Source: an archaeon (GTDB lineage: Archaea; Nanobdellota; Nanobdellia; Pacearchaeales; GW2011-AR1). From it: a stretch of 64,000 nt of DNA. Below the pieces are notes generated by a model that was given only the letters and a program-made list of their open reading frames with translations, searched no databases and was not told the DNA's origin. This document shows positions 63,325-64,000 of this stretch, one piece after another (the first letter of the stretch is position 1; the number at the start of each line of letters is the position of its first letter). Made by a program: the position numbers and the translations under genes. Location: positions 16,676-80,675 of the forward strand of contig JAACWB010000005.1 of the NCBI GenBank assembly GCA_009992215.1. The letters run 5' to 3'.

Positions 63325-64000
63325 TTATTTAGAAACGATTTTTTTATTAAGAAGAGCCTTTATTTTTCTTGCCGCTTCTGACTGTTCGCGATTCAACCAA
63401 GGTTCGTATTGATTGTTATACATCCAGTAATCTTTGCCATCAGTTACGAAAAATCTTGGCCCTTCGTTTAAGTAAATTGTATCTGAATTAAGAGCAAATT
63501 CTTTAAAATATTCAAGACTGCTGTTTAGGGGATATTTAACTTTTCCCTTTAGTAAAACATATGGATCTAATTCAGACGCTTCAATCCAGGGCATTAATCC
63601 TGCCTTTGAATAAAACTCTTTTTTTCCTTCAATCGTAAATTTTTTCGTGAAAAATTTAATCCCTTTTGTTTCTATATATCCATTTCTTGTTTGGATTTTC
63701 TTTCCCTCCAAGGTTCCAGGCAAAGATTTGTTAAGAGATAATTTGTATGATTTTTCTTTGTACACATAGGTTATTTTTTCACCAGCTGGAATCACCGATG
63801 AAATTATCTCTTTTGGGGAATTTTCCTTGTTTACAAAAATACAGCTGTCAACATAATTCTTATCAACAACAATTCCAACAATGGAATTAATAGCTGCATC
63901 TGTTTCAATCTTTGCCTTTTCGGCCGCTTCTTTTTGTTTTTTCTTACCACAACTTAATGTGAACAATAAAGAAACAATTACTAAATAAAATAATACTTTT
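63325..64000 (-). CDS. Putative lipoprotein (N-terminal Met lies beyond the right window edge)
   Basis: The frame stays open upstream of the track start: ...KVLFYLVIVSLLFTLSCGKKKQ, a signal peptide plus lipobox. The track start at 63966 is a TTG inside the signal peptide. Confidence 0.5.
   Translation of the reverse strand, partial: KVLFYLVIVSLLFTLSCGKKKQKEAAEKAKIETDAAINSIVGIVVDKNYVDSCIFVNKENSPKEIISSVIPAGEKITYVYKEKSYKLSLNKSLPGTLEGKKIQTRNGYIETKGIKFFTKKFTIEGKKEFYSKAGLMPWIEASELDPYVLLKGKVKYPLNSSLEYFKEFALNSDTIYLNEGPRFFVTDGKDYWMYNNQYEPWLNREQSEAARKIKALLNKKIVSK

Noticed and set aside
1-64000. CRISPR arrays, cas genes, integrases, transposases and restriction-modification genes
   Set aside because: I looked for regularly spaced repeats of 24-40 nt and for recombinase or nuclease motifs among the ORFs and found none. 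The only periodic repeats are the paired (not arrayed) duplications after the stable-RNA genes.
57541-64000. Simple dismissal of the last 6.4 kb as a bacterial contaminant joined by misassembly
   Set aside because: Not adopted as the default. The segment shares AT-richness, a 16-nt upstream motif (13401-13416 versus 63022-63037) and a terminator stem sequence with the archaeal part. Chimerism remains an explicit alternative that needs read-level checks.

Overview
AT-rich, gene-dense archaeal window. The r-protein set (eL19, eL32, eS4, eL21), AglB, Rpo subunits and a form II/III RuBisCO with AMP phosphorylase fit a small-genome DPANN-type archaeon; that lineage call is inference. Layout: (1) 1-13.2 kb, minus strand: secY (partial) and the L3-to-L15 ribosomal superoperon, with two unknown ORFs inserted between rpl15 and secY. 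(2) 13.4-22.6 kb: hypothetical genes, AI-2E transporter, AMP phosphorylase, tRNA-Ser, DedA-like protein, XPD-like helicase. (3) 22.7-24.6 kb: L1-L10(P0)-L12(P1) operon. (4) 25.5-26.5 kb: GC-richer structured RNA, probably RNase P RNA, and tRNA-Phe. (5) 26.6-31.4 kb: pilin-like protein, cysS, RuBisCO, NUDIX, MazF-type TA pair. (6) 31.5-46.3 kb: large glycosylation locus ending in aglB. (7) 46.3-50.6 kb: secD/secF, 5S rRNA, tRNA-Leu/Arg/Gly. (8) 50.6-57.5 kb: Rpp21, rpoN, L21e-rpoF-DUF655-S13-S4-S11-rpoD, dCMP deaminase. (9) 57.6-64 kb: seven unrecognisable secreted/membrane genes with bacterial-looking signal peptides, thyA and lipoprotein-like genes. Most unusual observation: five stable-RNA genes (tRNA-Ser, tRNA-Arg, tRNA-Gly, 5S rRNA, RNase P RNA candidate) are each followed by a second copy of their 3'-terminal or trailer sequence 105-121 nt downstream. 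At least two of the intervening segments (Ser, Gly) share ordered sequence blocks. I saw no CRISPR array, cas gene, integrase or transposase. All protein calls rest on motif recognition and synteny by eye, not database searches.
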